58,092 nucleotides of DNA, filler included, from Sphacelaria rigidula (GCA_964200075.2; 6 parts of 6 records of this genome joined end to end with filler, not necessarily neighbours in it), one strand, 5' to 3'; positions 24,750-36,153 are shown, counted from the whole stretch's first letter. Notes: a model not told the origin generated them from the letters alone. Program-made: numbers and translations.

Positions 24750-26254
24750 GGCGTTGCTGAAGGATGCACGTTATCGCTCACTTTATTCAGGGTATTAGTG
24801 AATGACATGGTGGTGGAACTAGAAACAGAAGAGCAAGGAGTCAGGGTGGGGGACGATGCGGTATCGGGATTGATGTTCGCGAATGGTTTGGTGTGGATCA
24901 TCAGAAACACCGGAATGATCGCAGAAACAAATAGAGAAGGCGTTAGAATACACTGGGGAATGGAGAGAGAGCAAGAACGTGAACAAATGCGCGGTAGTTG
25001 TATGTAATGAGGATAGGGAGAGCCCGGTAGAGTTCAAATGGGAGTGGGGGAACAAGAATTTTCGAGTCGTCGATCGGTATACCTACTTTGGCGTAGATAC
25101 ATGCATATATATGTATATATTATATAAACTGTTCATGGGATACACATAGAGTGATGAAAAAGGGTACGGTGCAGATAGGCGAGATACACGTGACAATGAG
25201 AGAGTCGCACGTCAATACTAGGATTCAGACATGTATGGTGATGAACGTGATCGCACCGAAGCTATAGTATGCAGGAGAAGTATGGGAAGGGAGCACGAAG
25301 TTGGTGAAGCAGCGGGAAAGAGTGCAGATGACGTCAGCTAAGAAAATACGGGGGCATTCAGAAAACAACAACGAGTAATACAGCATTGAGAGCGGAATTG
25401 GGAATGTACCCGCTTGAAACAAACCGACACGAGAAAGTTGAAATGAAAATACGAGGTAAGGAACATGCCAAGAAAGAGATTGCCAGCCATAGTTGATACG
25501 GTCGTGTGGGAGGCAGTGACGGAGGGGAAGTCTGGAATAAGGTGGGATAGCGTAGTCGAAGGAGTATAGAAGGGCAGTAGGTGGAAACCAAGACGAGATA
25601 ATGTCCATGGGCGAACATGCGGGGGGTACAAGACAAGAGTAGCAGACATAATAAGAACAAAGGAAAATCAAGCGCTGAGACGGGAAAGTAGAGGAAAAAG
25701 AACAGCTGAAGATATACGGGGGGTTGAGCGACGGGATAGGGATGAAAACATATCTGCACGACCTGATGACTACGCTGAAAAGTTGAAAATGGGATTCCGG
25801 CTTGGGGACCTGGACCTACCAGAGAGAAGAAAGAGGTATACCAGTAGTCGGGTGGAGGGGAAGGAGGCACAGAATTGCCCTTGTGGCAAAGCAGTAGAGA
25901 GTAGACCTCCTACAGTGGGATAATGTGATTTTTTCAAGGAAGAACGGGGAGAGTTGAAGGGGGAACTATGGGAAGTAAACGAAGGTGGCATGAAATCGTT
26001 TGATACATTGGACAGCAGCGAGAAACCGATCGCTTCACTGGGAGATGGATGGTGGCCACAGACGGCGAAACAGGACGAGGACAAGCTATGTAAAACGTTT
26101 TAGTGTCATGTATGGAAAAGACGTATTGGTCGTCGAAATGGTGGAGGTGTCTCTGCTATAATAGGAGTAGGACCGGTGCTCTGTCTCGAAGGGGATGTAT
26201 GGTCAATGGTCAAACGACAAAGGCTAGCAACAAATGAGTGCCCCGCCCCCCCTC
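24750..26254 (+). mobile_element. 5'-truncated, decayed LINE (non-LTR retrotransposon RT domain to 3' end)
   Basis: Translates to xGCTLSLTLFRVLVNDMVVELE...GVRVGDDAVSGLMFANG, i.e. the QG..LSP.LF and (Y/F)ADD RT motifs in degenerate form. Downstream YLGV-like and C-terminal CPC...CE-like remnants; stops and frameshifts throughout. Confidence 0.85.
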
Positions 26255-26648
26255 TGGTATAGTACACGCCTGACATTTTGGTCTCGCGGACTGGATCATG
26301 ATCAGCACTCGCGCATCGGGTCGATTCTCGGTAAGAAAACAAACTATTGTAAAGATAGGGTATTATTGCTACTCACGTTGCTTCTCACGTACGTCCTCAT
26401 GTTTCCTTCAGTGACGGAATATCAGATACTTTGAAGGAAAGACCTCAACACATCTTGATGATTGATTGAGTGATTGAAAGCTGTTTTTGATGTGTTTCGT
26501 GTATTCTGTTGTTACGAGTGTTGTGTTCACTTGCGTTTTGATTTAAAACGTAAAGATACCGGAGGAAAAAAATGCGTGTGTGTTTTTTTTCGTATTTCCT
26601 CAATTCTGTCATCAATAATTTTTATGACTTGGAACAGAAATGGAAATG

Positions 26649-27873
26649 TTCACACGTCGGACAGCTCATGAGCTACCTCAAATAACTATTCCGAGAAGAC
26701 TCTGAGATCCCCTGTTCAACAACACAAAGTACATGACAGCAGGATCAGAGAAGGCCAAAGCTCTACCTGTGCGCTTCGCCGCGTGCTCAGCGTCCAGTGC
26801 TATTTTATTATTGATTATTATTTATATTATTTATTTGTCGCACTTTGAACCCCCTCCCTTTCTCGGGACGAGTCCGTGGTCCCCAGGGATCCACCCATCT
26901 CTTTCCCACTGTTATACCCGTGAATGGGGCCCGATTTTGGGCACTATATACCGGGAAATTGGACCGACCAACTCCACTGTCGGTTGAATGCGGAAGAAAT
27001 AAAACCTGCATGAGTCAATCAGTATCAATCACAAGTACACGCGTCACTTGAAATGACGGTGACGCGCATACAGAATGTACTATTTGCTATGGTGTATTCT
27101 ACAACATACCTGTGACCGACGTTCCTGTACACCTGTACACAGAGTTACAACAACAGGAGGACAGAAGCTGCTGCTCGTGTTGTTGCTGTGCCCTTGTTGC
27201 TGCAGTTTGTTGTTGTGTTTATCTTTCAACGCTACTTTCTCGGCAACGACGCAGAGGATTGGACTGCGGTTTGATGCGTGCGCTTCCCACACACCAGAAC
27301 TAGTGAATCTGAAAAGGTTCCCATTCGCGTGTCGCGGAGGACGCCGTATGCGTGCCGCGGAGGACGCAGCACCTTGCAAACCGCTGCACCAAACACATAC
27401 TGTACTACAAAACGCGTTTCCTGCAACGTTCTGGGGCTTTTCGGATCCGCTGTGGCGATTAAGCAATTGTGCTTGCCAAAATCACTACGTCTAGTGTGTG
27501 TGCGGGGGGCTGTGAAGTTCCAGAGGCCGGTTTGTTTCCTGTCCCGAGATAGTAGCAACGAAAAATTTACAGCTGTCGCATACTAAACCTAGGTAACTTG
27601 GGATGGAGCGTGTGTCATGTTCAGCAGAGGTTCGGCACAGTTTCGGCACAGGCCCGACCAGTCTATGACGTCTTCAATACGTCTTCAATCTTCGCCCGCA
27701 TTCATTTTATTTTTTTGGGGCAAATGATTTTTGGTCGGTAAGGGCTTCATTCACGGGCGTAACTGTCGGGAGAATTTTTGGAAAAAGGCTCCAAAGGAGC
27801 TAGCTCATTATCCGGATCAGCACACTAATAACAAGTAATTTTCAGGTAGCTCATGAGCGGTCCGACGTGTGAA
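26649..27873. mobile_element. About 1.2-kb element bounded by ~40-bp inverted repeats (non-autonomous DNA transposon), containing a SINE B fragment
   Basis: ttcacacgtcggacagctcatgagctacctcaaataac versus the reverse complement of 27835-27873, ttcacacgtcggaccgctcatgagctacctgaaaattac. Confidence 0.65.
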
Positions 27874-28287
27874 AATATTTGTGTGGTTTTTCAGTGTGGG
27901 AGACAAGTTTCGGATCTTGTGGAGGCAAGGAGTGACCAATTTTACTTGAAAAATGTATTGGGAGGATGTCCCGAAAAGGACCATAATTAAAACACTGATG
28001 TCAATATTATTTCATCAGGTGTTTTTTTTTGGGGGTAATGTTAGAGATGTTTTTTCGCAAGCACCACAGTCCATGTGATCGATTTATATCTTGCTCGGTT
28101 GATTTTCCGACTTATTGATCGATCGATCGCTTTCTTTTCTTTTCTTTTCTTTTCTTTTCTTTTATTCGAATTTTGCACGTCAGCTTATTCGCTGAGACTC
28201 CAGTCCTGGTCGCCACAAGACGGACACACCTACAGCATGTACCCGAGGTTGAAAAATAGACGAAGAAAACAACAAACAGTCGCACTC

Positions 28288-28293
28288 GTTGTT

Positions 28294-28361
<68 letters not shown>

Positions 28362-28372
28362 CGTTGTTATTA
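28288..28372. repeat. (GTT)n microsatellite
   Basis: About 25 near-perfect GTT units. Confidence 0.95.
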
Positions 28373-28673
28373 ATGGAATTATTTCCCCAGTCATACATTC
28401 ATTATTCCTTTTTTTTTCGCACGTAAGTCCGATCTCTCGAACCCGTGGTCACGGAGTGGGCTCGTCTTCCCAGCACCGTCACTGCTTTTCCTTGCAAGAG
28501 GTAGTGCTTTCATTGTTTTTTTCTGAGACTGCCGAAAAAAACAAAGAAGATAGCACCGAATAGAAACAATGACAGAGAGAGAGAGACGTAAAAAAAAGAG
28601 AGAAGAAATAGCCCAAATGTGTAACCGTTAAAATAAATTTTTATATCTTTCTACGTTCAATGTCGAAAAAAAG

Positions 28674-28874
28674 GTGCGGCGCCGGAGGGTACGCCCGATG
28701 GTTGTTGCGGCGGAGGAAGGCGACGGTGGCGATGCTGCCTCTGGTGCAGCTGCGAAAGAGGCAACCGGCGGAGTCAGGATCAACGGTGCCGATGCTCCGT
28801 GGAGCATTGCTTCCGTAGAGCTGGTCGGCGCCGCGCATACACGGTTCACGTTCAATTCCTTGGCCGACGCGCAG
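28674..28874 (+). CDS. Internal exon of a probable RNA Pol III transcription factor TFIIIC Tau95/GTF3C5-like subunit (partial gene)
   Basis: aag|GTG...CAG|gtgagt, phase 0-0. Peptide VRRRRVR...SIASVELVGAAHTRFTFNSLADAQ resembles, from recall, the Tau95 N-terminal motif L(R/K)VRRR...E.LG....Y.F..(M/L)ADFQ. A possible upstream exon lies at about 28184-28247 (SLRLQSWSPQDGH). Confidence 0.55.
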
Positions 28875-28928
28875 GTGAGTTCGATATTTTTTCGACGCCA
28901 TGATACTTCGGCGCCCCGTTGACGACGT

Positions 28929-28999
28929 GGGGGGGGGGTACTCGTGATCATGCTTTCCATAGTCATCAGACCATTGACCTCGCATCCCTACAAAGCCGG
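28929..28999 (-). mobile_element. 3' end of a second LINE subfamily, abutting poly(C)
   Basis: catagtcatcagaccattgacctcgcatccctacaaagccgg; near-identical at 38646-38697(-); the cgcatccctacaaagccgg part recurs, reversed, at 58060-58092. Confidence 0.7.
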
Positions 29000-29099
29000 N
29001 NNNNNNNNNNNNNNNNNNNNNNNNNNNNNNNNNNNNNNNNNNNTTAATTAATTAANNNNNNNNNNNNNNNNNNNNNNNNNNNNNNNNNNNNNNNNNNNN
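29000..29099. other. Artificial contig linker
   Basis: Same spacer. Confidence 0.97.
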
Positions 29100-29479
29100 T
29101 GGTCTCTTCCGCCGGGGGGGGGGGTTCGGGGGCACCCAACCTGCTGTCCCTGAGTTTTTTGTCGAGGCGATGATGGGTGCGGTCAGCTACCGCCTACAGA
29201 GATGCTTGGCATGGAGACCGATGAGATGGCGGACACGCCGCCCTCCCAAGCTCATCACTTACCATAATTACGCTTATGGGATCGTCCTCCGTGTTGTGGG
29301 CCTCGAGTACCCACCAGAAGTCCGGGCAAGTTTGGTGAGGCGAGAGATAAAGTTGCCACCTCGGCTGCAGGCTATCGCTACCGTGCGCTCGTGTGCACAA
29401 ATGTGTGTGAGGGGGGCCGGCTGCTTTCCGAGAGCGCTATGCCAGCACGTTATACCAGGTCACGTTTGACCGGGAACCA

Positions 29480-30055
29480 TGCCCGAGCTTTTCTATCCTG
29501 ACATTGTCAACTGGGCGCGACTGGAAAGTATATGTGCTTGACGAAGACGCTTGCGGCAGAAAATGACGTCATGGTTGTTTAAACTTTATGGTTGACGATT
29601 ACGTGCTAGCTGCAAGGGTTATGCGTTCGGGAACAACGCTGACGCTTGGGTGCACGTGCACGGGTCCTTGGCGGATCACGACCACGGAAAAGCAGCACGT
29701 AAACGGGGTAAGGCATCGCGACAGGCGAGGTACAAGACGTACATCTCGCCCGCCTTCGATTTTATGCAGCGAGGAGCTGAAGATTAGCGCTGATCCAAAG
29801 GACGTGCTCCAGCATGTTCTTGCACACGGAGAGATCGAGATGGCAACTATCGTCGGTAAATCTCAGGATAATGCACAAGACGGATTGCGTGTACGAGTGG
29901 AGTGCGTGAGGTTTGGCCAGATTTATAATTTGTGGGAGCCATTGACGAACGTTTTGGAAGGAGCACCTCAGTTTGTAAAATGTGAGCTGCGCACGTTGGG
30001 TTCAAGTACAAAAGGGCGAGCACGTTCTGAGGCAAAATATGGTTTCAAGCTTTGA
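29480..30055 (+). mobile_element. Ty3/gypsy integrase C-terminus plus chromodomain remnant
   Basis: VDDYVLAARV...TGPWRI (GPY/F motif) ... GEIEMATIV...VRVECVRF..NLWEPLTNV.EGAPQFVK (chromodomain WEP motif). Confidence 0.8.
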
Positions 30056-30651
30056 GTGTCGATTCGATGATATTTTCGAGTGCTTCTGCTTGAGACGGTA
30101 TTATCCTCGACGCATTTGCTTTGTGAGTATGCTGTTACTGGCAATTACCGTTGACTGGATTATGGACTTGCACCAAGTTGTAGTGAGACTTTGTGTTTGA
30201 GTGTCAGTGTTCAGGGTTGTGCCAATTACCCGCTTATTTTGAGTAACATGACACTGCATGGTCGGGTGTCACTGACACGAACGTGATAGTCGGTGTCTAC
30301 TGTTCGTCTAGCTCGCTTCCTACTTCAAATAATGCGGAGCTTTGGGGTTGCTGTTGAGTATTCCACCCCAAGTACACGTGCAGGTGCATGATACGCTGTA
30401 TGTTGAGAGCAATTTGAATAACACCTGCATAAGATTAGGTAATGAAATCCAAAGAGTATGGCCATGACTGTTTCATACTGTGTATGCATGAAGGTGCGAT
30501 GACAATTACAATAACGTAGGCTGTGTTTGTGAAACATGTCTTGAAGTCTCCAAGCCCTGCTGAGGGAGCGAGTCCTTGGCGCAGTCCTGTGACCTTGTTC
30601 ACACGAGTCTATAGTCGACATCAGCCACTATCGGTACCTGCTTTTTGCCTA

Positions 30652-31203
30652 CAGTAGTGGGCGGTCTAACTATTCGACGGGTTTTTGAGGGTTTCCTCGC
30701 GTACTACTCTTCGGCAGAAGTCGACATTGCTAGCATCGATAGATTTTCGTACAATAAACAGATCATGGTCAAAACACAGTGCCCACGTCCGTGCTAGTTG
30801 GTTTCGTCTGGCGAAACGAGTCAATACCCCGTTCATCAGGAGGATGTTATTGACCATGAAACACAGGTTTTCCGCTATAGTGCAAGGAGTAGGAAGAATC
30901 AGAAAAAATAAAACCATACATTGTTGAAGAAAAGTGATCGGGATAGGCTCGATAGGCCGAAAATATCGAAGAGTAAGAATCTGGGCTGAAACGTTGCAGG
31001 ACCCCCAATGACTGGTCAGCCCGTGAGTCACTAAATATTGAGTACAGATTATATCTTCTTCTTGGAATGTGGAGGGGATACAAATATCTTCAGGTCCCTA
31101 ATGTGATCAGCGGTGGCAAGCGAAAAAAAAAGCCCAGGAAAATCGCCAATTACGAAGAAATCACAAAATGCCTCAAAATGAATAGTTAGACCGCCCACTA
31201 TTG
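30652..31203. mobile_element. 552-bp Tc1/mariner-type MITE with 24-bp TIRs and TA target duplication
   Basis: TA|cagtagtgggcggtctaactattc ... gaatagttagaccgcccactattg|TA, 1 mismatch. Confidence 0.85.
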
Positions 31204-31559
31204 TACACGTGACACGTGAACAAGTCGTGACTACTCAAATACTCGACGAATGCCCATCCAACCCAGAAGTACGGCTGCAATGTATCTATCGGCACCTATT
31301 GCCGCGATTTGTTTCAAGCAAACGCCATCGCCTGGGTGCCCTAGGAGTTTTCTCCTTAAACCATCTCCTTGTAGCGTACTCGACGTACTCAAGGCATGTT
31401 AATTTCACGCGGTACGTTTGCGGACCAACGCTGCACCACAACACTAATATCGCTTCCGCCACATCCCCCACACCCGAGTCCATCGAAACACTGAATTTGG
31501 TACTAAACGCTGCTGTGCGGGGAACTTCTCACACACGCTACTGTTTTTCCCGATGCACT

Positions 31560-31960
31560 GGAAAATAGTGAGCGGCATCTCGGAAAATGATGACCCGATG
31601 TCGTCGAAGGCTACCCACTGGAAAACAGTAAGTAACCCGTGGAAAAAGGCACAATAAGTGAGCCCCCCCGAGGAACGCTGGATACAATGTACACCAGAAA
31701 TAACCGCACACCGATGTCGTCCTCGCCGAAATCTCAAGCGGTTGAACTCTAATCCCACACTATGATATCGTGAAAGATATGCATTTGCTATGCCCCTCTT
31801 CATGTGCGATGCTCGCTCACCCAGAAGGCGGTCGACTACCGATTGATTGGCAAAAAGCATGAAGCCCCCTTTTCTGCGACGATTCGGGGTAACCCGGACT
31901 GGGATGATCACGCTGTGTGAAAATCTTCCGCTCCAGTTTCGTACGCAGTACGACAGTTGC
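31560..31960 (-). mobile_element. Possible highly decayed non-LTR RT fragment
   Basis: ...EFNRLRFR...ISGV..QR..GG..Y.AFFHGLL...VAFDDI loosely follows the RT GV.QG and A(Y/F)xDD motifs. Confidence 0.3.
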
Positions 31961-31994
31961 ATTTCTAAACATTACACTGTACATCATGACAGAA

Positions 31995-34100
31995 CAGCAA
32001 TAACTCCGCCTCCCCCGCCCGGTACAGTCAAGTTAAACATCTCCCCAACGCGTGCAGCGTATATGATACCTGCACATCCTCCATCCCTAACCTCGCCACT
32101 TAGATCACCGGAGCTCGTAGAAAGACGTACCTCCGCCCCTCCCGCCCAGTTGAATTGAGTCAATCATCTTGCAGCGTGAAGGTTACCTTCACATCCTCCA
32201 TCCCTGACCTCGCCTGCTTGATCACCAGAGCTCGCAACGACAACGCCTCCGCTTCCTCCGCCGGGTTCAGTTACGCCAGACATAGGCAACGCGTGCAGCG
32301 GTTGTGCTACCTGCACATCCTCCATCCCCAACCTCGCCTCCTTGATCGCCGCAACTCGCTGGAACAGCGCGTCCGCCTCCCCTGTCCGGCCCAGTCGAGT
32401 CGAACATCTCGCCAAGTCATGTAGCGTATGTGCTACCCGCATATCGTCCGTCCCTAACCTGACCTCCTCAATCGCCAGAGCTCGCCGGAACAACGCCTCC
32501 GCCTCTCCCGCCCTGTCCAGTCGAGTCAAACATCTCGCCAACGCGTGCAGAGTGTAAGCTACTCGCACATGCTCCGTCCCCAACCTCGCCTCCTCGATCG
32601 CCAGAGCTCGCCGGAACAACACCTCTGCCTCCCCCGCCCGGTACAGTTGAGACAAACATCTGCCCAACGCGTGCAGCGTATTTGCTACCTGCACATGCTC
32701 CGTCCCCAACCTCGCTTCCTCGATCGCCAGAGCTCGCCGGAACAGCACCTCTGCCTCCTCCACCCGGTACAGTTGAGACAAACATCTGCCCAACGCGTGC
32801 AGCGTATTTGCTACCTGCACATGCTCCGTTCCCAACCTCGCCTCTGCAATCACCAGTGCTCGTCGCAACAACGACTCCGCCTCCCCCACGCGGGCAAGCT
32901 GAGTCAAACATCTCGCCAACGTGTGCAGCATAAAAGCTACCTGCACATTCTCCGTCCCCAACCTTGCCTCAATTATGGCCAAAGCTTGCCGAAGCAACAA
33001 CTCCGCCTCCGTCAGGCGGTCGAGTTGGCTCAAGCATTTGGCCAACGCGTGCAGCGTATGCGCTACCTGCACATCCTCCGTCCCCAACTTCGCCTTCTCG
33101 ATCGCCAGAGCTCGCCGAAACAACTCTTCCGCCTCCACTGCCCGGTCCAGGTGAGTCAAACATGTGGCCAACGCGTGTAGCGTGTGGCCTACCCGCAAGA
33201 CCTCCGTCCCCAACCTCGCCTCCTTGATCGCCAGAGCTCGCCGGAACAGTGCCCCCGCCTCCCCTACCCGGTCCAGGTGAGTCAAACATCTGCCCAACGC
33301 GTGCAGCGTATATGCTACCTGCGCATCTTCCGTACCCAACCTCGCTTCCTGGACGGCCAGAGCTCGCCGGAACAAAGCCTCCGCCTCCCCCGCCCGGTCA
33401 AGTTGAGTCAAACATGTTGCCAACTCGTAGAGCGTATGTGCTAACTTCACATCTTCCGTCCCCAACCTCGCCTCCTCGATCGCCAGAGCTCGCCGGAACA
33501 TCGCCTCCGCCTCCCCCGCCCGGTCCAATTGAGTCAAGCATCTGCCCAACTCGTGCAGCGTATAAGCTACCTCCGCCTCCCATGTACCCAACCTCGCCTC
33601 CTCGATAGCCAGAGCTCGCCGGAACAATGCCTCCGCCTCCCCTGCCCGTTCGAGTTGACTCAAACATCTGCCCAACGCGTGCAGCGTATGCGCCACCTCC
33701 ACATCCTCCGTTCCCAATCTCGCCTCCTTGATCGCAAGGGCTCGCCGGAACAGCAACTCCGCTTCCCCCGCCCGGTCGAGCTGAGTACAACATCCGGCTA
33801 ATGCGTGCAGCGTATGCGCTACCTCCACATCCTCCGTTCCCAATCTTGCCTCCTTGATCGCCAGAGCTCGTCGGAACTGCGCCCCCGCCTCCCCCGCCCG
33901 GCCCAGTTGAGTCAAATATCCTGCCAACGCGTGCAGCGCATAAGCCACCTCCACATCCTCCGTACCGAGCCTTGTCTCCTTGATCGCCAGGGATCGCCGG
34001 AAGCACACCTCTGCCTCCCCCGCCGGGTGAAGTTGAGCCAAGCATTCGGCTAAAGCGTTCAGCACTACTGCCACAGGTATCGCACTAGTCCCTAGCCTAG
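31995..34100 (-). repeat. 126-bp tandem TPR-coding array; the last ~3 units (31995-32290) are frameshifted or contain stops
   Basis: Unit EARLGTEDVQVAHTLHALGRCLTQLDRAGEAEALFRRALAI(K/E). The DNA periodicity continues past the ORF stop (e.g. GCG AGG TTA GGG ATG GAG GAT GTG CAG GTA TCA TAT ACG CTG CAC GCG TTG GGG AGA TGT TTA ACT TGA). Confidence 0.92.
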
Positions 34101-36075
34101 TCTCTGTGCTCTCCAGTGCCTGGCGAAGCAAGATTTCTGCTTCTTGAAATCGCCCAGATTCCGTTAGACATTCGGCTAGCATAAACCGCGCATCCGCAAT
34201 CTTTGCGGAGTCAGCATCGAGGTTCGCTTCCTCGGCTGCCTTAAGCGCCCGCCTAAACCACAGCTCAGCTTCGTCCACGCGCTCCAACGTATAGCAACAC
34301 GAACCAATCATGTGAAGAGATTGCACATACTCAGAAGTAGCAGCGGCTCGGCCATCAGACCTCAACCGCTCTTTTGCGACGTCTACCAACGGTTCCATCG
34401 AGCCCCGAAGACGCCGACTCTCCTCTTGATCTCGGTCTCTCACCGATACCTCACAGTGCCAGAGTGCAGTGAGAGAAGCATGCGGATTTGCCACCGGGTT
34501 GCCCTCGCATCGTTCCCATACTCCCCGCATCACGGCCTCAGCACCATGAAAATCACGGTTAATATTATACAGCTCTGCCGTAGCCTCTGCCGAGCAGAAA
34601 TACAACGGATCCGAGGAGTCTAGCGCAGACAAAGAAAAATCGTACGGGTGCAACTCACGTAACCCTTTCCCCCCTACGAGCTCAACCGCCTGCCACAGAC
34701 CCAGAAGGCCGTACACGTCCACTGACCGCACCACCTCCAAAGTGGATAAATGCGCCTGCCATCTTTTCACTACTTCTCGGCGAATATCCTCACGAGCATC
34801 CAGAAGAGTCCTCCTAGCGAATTCCGAACGAGCGTCGTGCATGCGGAACAGACCAGGCCCTGCCGCGGTGATGATCGCCCATCGCTCCAGAGCTGCCACC
34901 ACCTGCCCAGCTTGCTCCAGATCGTGCTCCGAGTGCTCGTGGCCGAATAACAACACGCAAGCCTCGTACACCTCAAAAGCGTGACCGCCTGGCATTACCG
35001 CCAAGGCAAGGTAAAGCCACCGGCTCTGCGAATCCTCAGCCCCAAGGCACTCGAAGCCAGCTCGGAGAATCGCGACACGTTTGTTCGCGCTGGGATCTCT
35101 ATCTGCGCTTACATTATCATCATCACCGAAGTGTTCTTCCTGAACCTTGTCCAAATGACGCCGGATGACGGCAATCGCCTTGGACCATGAGCCTCCATCG
35201 CTCCTCCCGTTTACCACTGTCCACCTTGCCACGGACTCCACATACATGGGCATGTAGTCGCACAGCTCAAACAACTCGTTTACAGGTTCTGGCAAACGAG
35301 CACCCTCGGGAAGCTCGGCGGCACTAGCCACGAGCGCCTCCGCCTCCTCCCGTCTCAACCGCTCCATCACGATCGCCTTGCCCCCGGCGTTATCTACCAG
35401 AACCTGATCTCGAGTCGTCAGCAGCACCCGCATGCCGGTCTTTCGCAGCTCCTGCACGACTTCCGGCTCCCACACGTCGTTCGCTACAAGCAGGCACTGC
35501 AGACCTTGACGCTTCAAGCACGTAAGCATAGCCTCTTGGACATACGCTGTGCCGTTCTTCGGTTCTATCGGCGACTGCCCGGGAGGATAGCCCCTGCTGT
35601 CCAGCACGTCCTCGTACACCCTCTGCGCAAGGCTCTGCATTAATCCTGGCAGTCGCTCGGCTGCATCTCTACCCACGTGGAGCCACACCACGCCGTCTGA
35701 GAACAGGGCTCGCACTCGACTCAGCCGCTCGAAAGCCTGCTGACGTGTCTCCCCGTCCAGGGGTCGGACCACACCTATCCCATGTCTAGCCACCATGGCC
35801 GCAGCGGTGGTCTTCCCTGACCCACTACCACCCACTAGCCCCACCATCCACGGGCTGCCCTCAGCGACAAAGTGATTGTGTACGTCGTCCATCACCGCGT
35901 TGCGCACGACATGCCAGCCCTTGGCTTTTGGAGCACCCGCTGGCACTGCAAAAAGCTTTGGTGACGACGGAGAAGTACGGGCAAGGAGAGTCTTCATGTC
36001 CTCCCGCGTTTCCCGAGTGTCTATCGCCATGCGATGTTGGTCCTGAACCACATGGTTCTGGACAGAACAAAACAA
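32164..36075 (-). CDS. NB-ARC-TPR (STAND NTPase, NLR-like) protein; large terminal exon, 5' exons uncertain
   Basis: Walker A GLVGGSGSGKTT, Walker B CLLVANDVWE, RNBS-B VLLTTR, MHD motif FRMHD, then about 2 divergent and about 15 near-identical 42-aa TPRs. Splice acceptor ttgttttgttctgtccag|AAC puts the exon start at 36057. Confidence 0.93.
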   Translation of the reverse strand: MFCSVQNHVVQDQHRMAIDTRETREDMKTLLARTSPSSPKLFAVPAGAPKAKGWHVVRNAVMDDVHNHFVAEGSPWMVGLVGGSGSGKTTAAAMVARHGIGVVRPLDGETRQQAFERLSRVRALFSDGVVWLHVGRDAAERLPGLMQSLAQRVYEDVLDSRGYPPGQSPIEPKNGTAYVQEAMLTCLKRQGLQCLLVANDVWEPEVVQELRKTGMRVLLTTRDQVLVDNAGGKAIVMERLRREEAEALVASAAELPEGARLPEPVNELFELCDYMPMYVESVARWTVVNGRSDGGSWSKAIAVIRRHLDKVQEEHFGDDDNVSADRDPSANKRVAILRAGFECLGAEDSQSRWLYLALAVMPGGHAFEVYEACVLLFGHEHSEHDLEQAGQVVAALERWAIITAAGPGLFRMHDARSEFARRTLLDAREDIRREVVKRWQAHLSTLEVVRSVDVYGLLGLWQAVELVGGKGLRELHPYDFSLSALDSSDPLYFCSAEATAELYNINRDFHGAEAVMRGVWERCEGNPVANPHASLTALWHCEVSVRDRDQEESRRLRGSMEPLVDVAKERLRSDGRAAATSEYVQSLHMIGSCCYTLERVDEAELWFRRALKAAEEANLDADSAKIADARFMLAECLTESGRFQEAEILLRQALESTETRLGTSAIPVAVVLNALAECLAQLHPAGEAEVCFRRSLAIKETRLGTEDVEVAYALHALAGYLTQLGRAGEAGAQFRRALAIKEARLGTEDVEVAHTLHALAGCCTQLDRAGEAELLFRRALAIKEARLGTEDVEVAHTLHALGRCLSQLERAGEAEALFRRALAIEEARLGTWEAEVAYTLHELGRCLTQLDRAGEAEAMFRRALAIEEARLGTEDVKLAHTLYELATCLTQLDRAGEAEALFRRALAVQEARLGTEDAQVAYTLHALGRCLTHLDRVGEAGALFRRALAIKEARLGTEVLRVGHTLHALATCLTHLDRAVEAEELFRRALAIEKAKLGTEDVQVAHTLHALAKCLSQLDRLTEAELLLRQALAIIEARLGTENVQVAFMLHTLARCLTQLARVGEAESLLRRALVIAEARLGTEHVQVANTLHALGRCLSQLYRVEEAEVLFRRALAIEEARLGTEHVQVANTLHALGRCLSQLYRAGEAEVLFRRALAIEEARLGTEHVRVAYTLHALARCLTRLDRAGEAEALFRRALAIEEVRLGTDDMRVAHTLHDLARCSTRLGRTGEADALFQRVAAIKEARLGMEDVQVAQPLHALPMSGVTEPGGGSGGVVVASSGDQAGEVRDGGCEGNLHAAR

Positions 36076-36153
36076 ATGGGGATATCGGGGAGGAACTGTT
36101 ACAAAAAAGGTGGGTCAACGCTAGGAGTTAAACTTCACCTTTCGGAAACTCAC

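Noticed and set aside
28075-28563. Poly-Val / poly-Asn ORFs
   Set aside because: Translation of a (GTT)n microsatellite.
32342-34053. Many overlapping ORFs on both strands
   Set aside because: Shadows of the GC-rich 126-bp TPR repeat.
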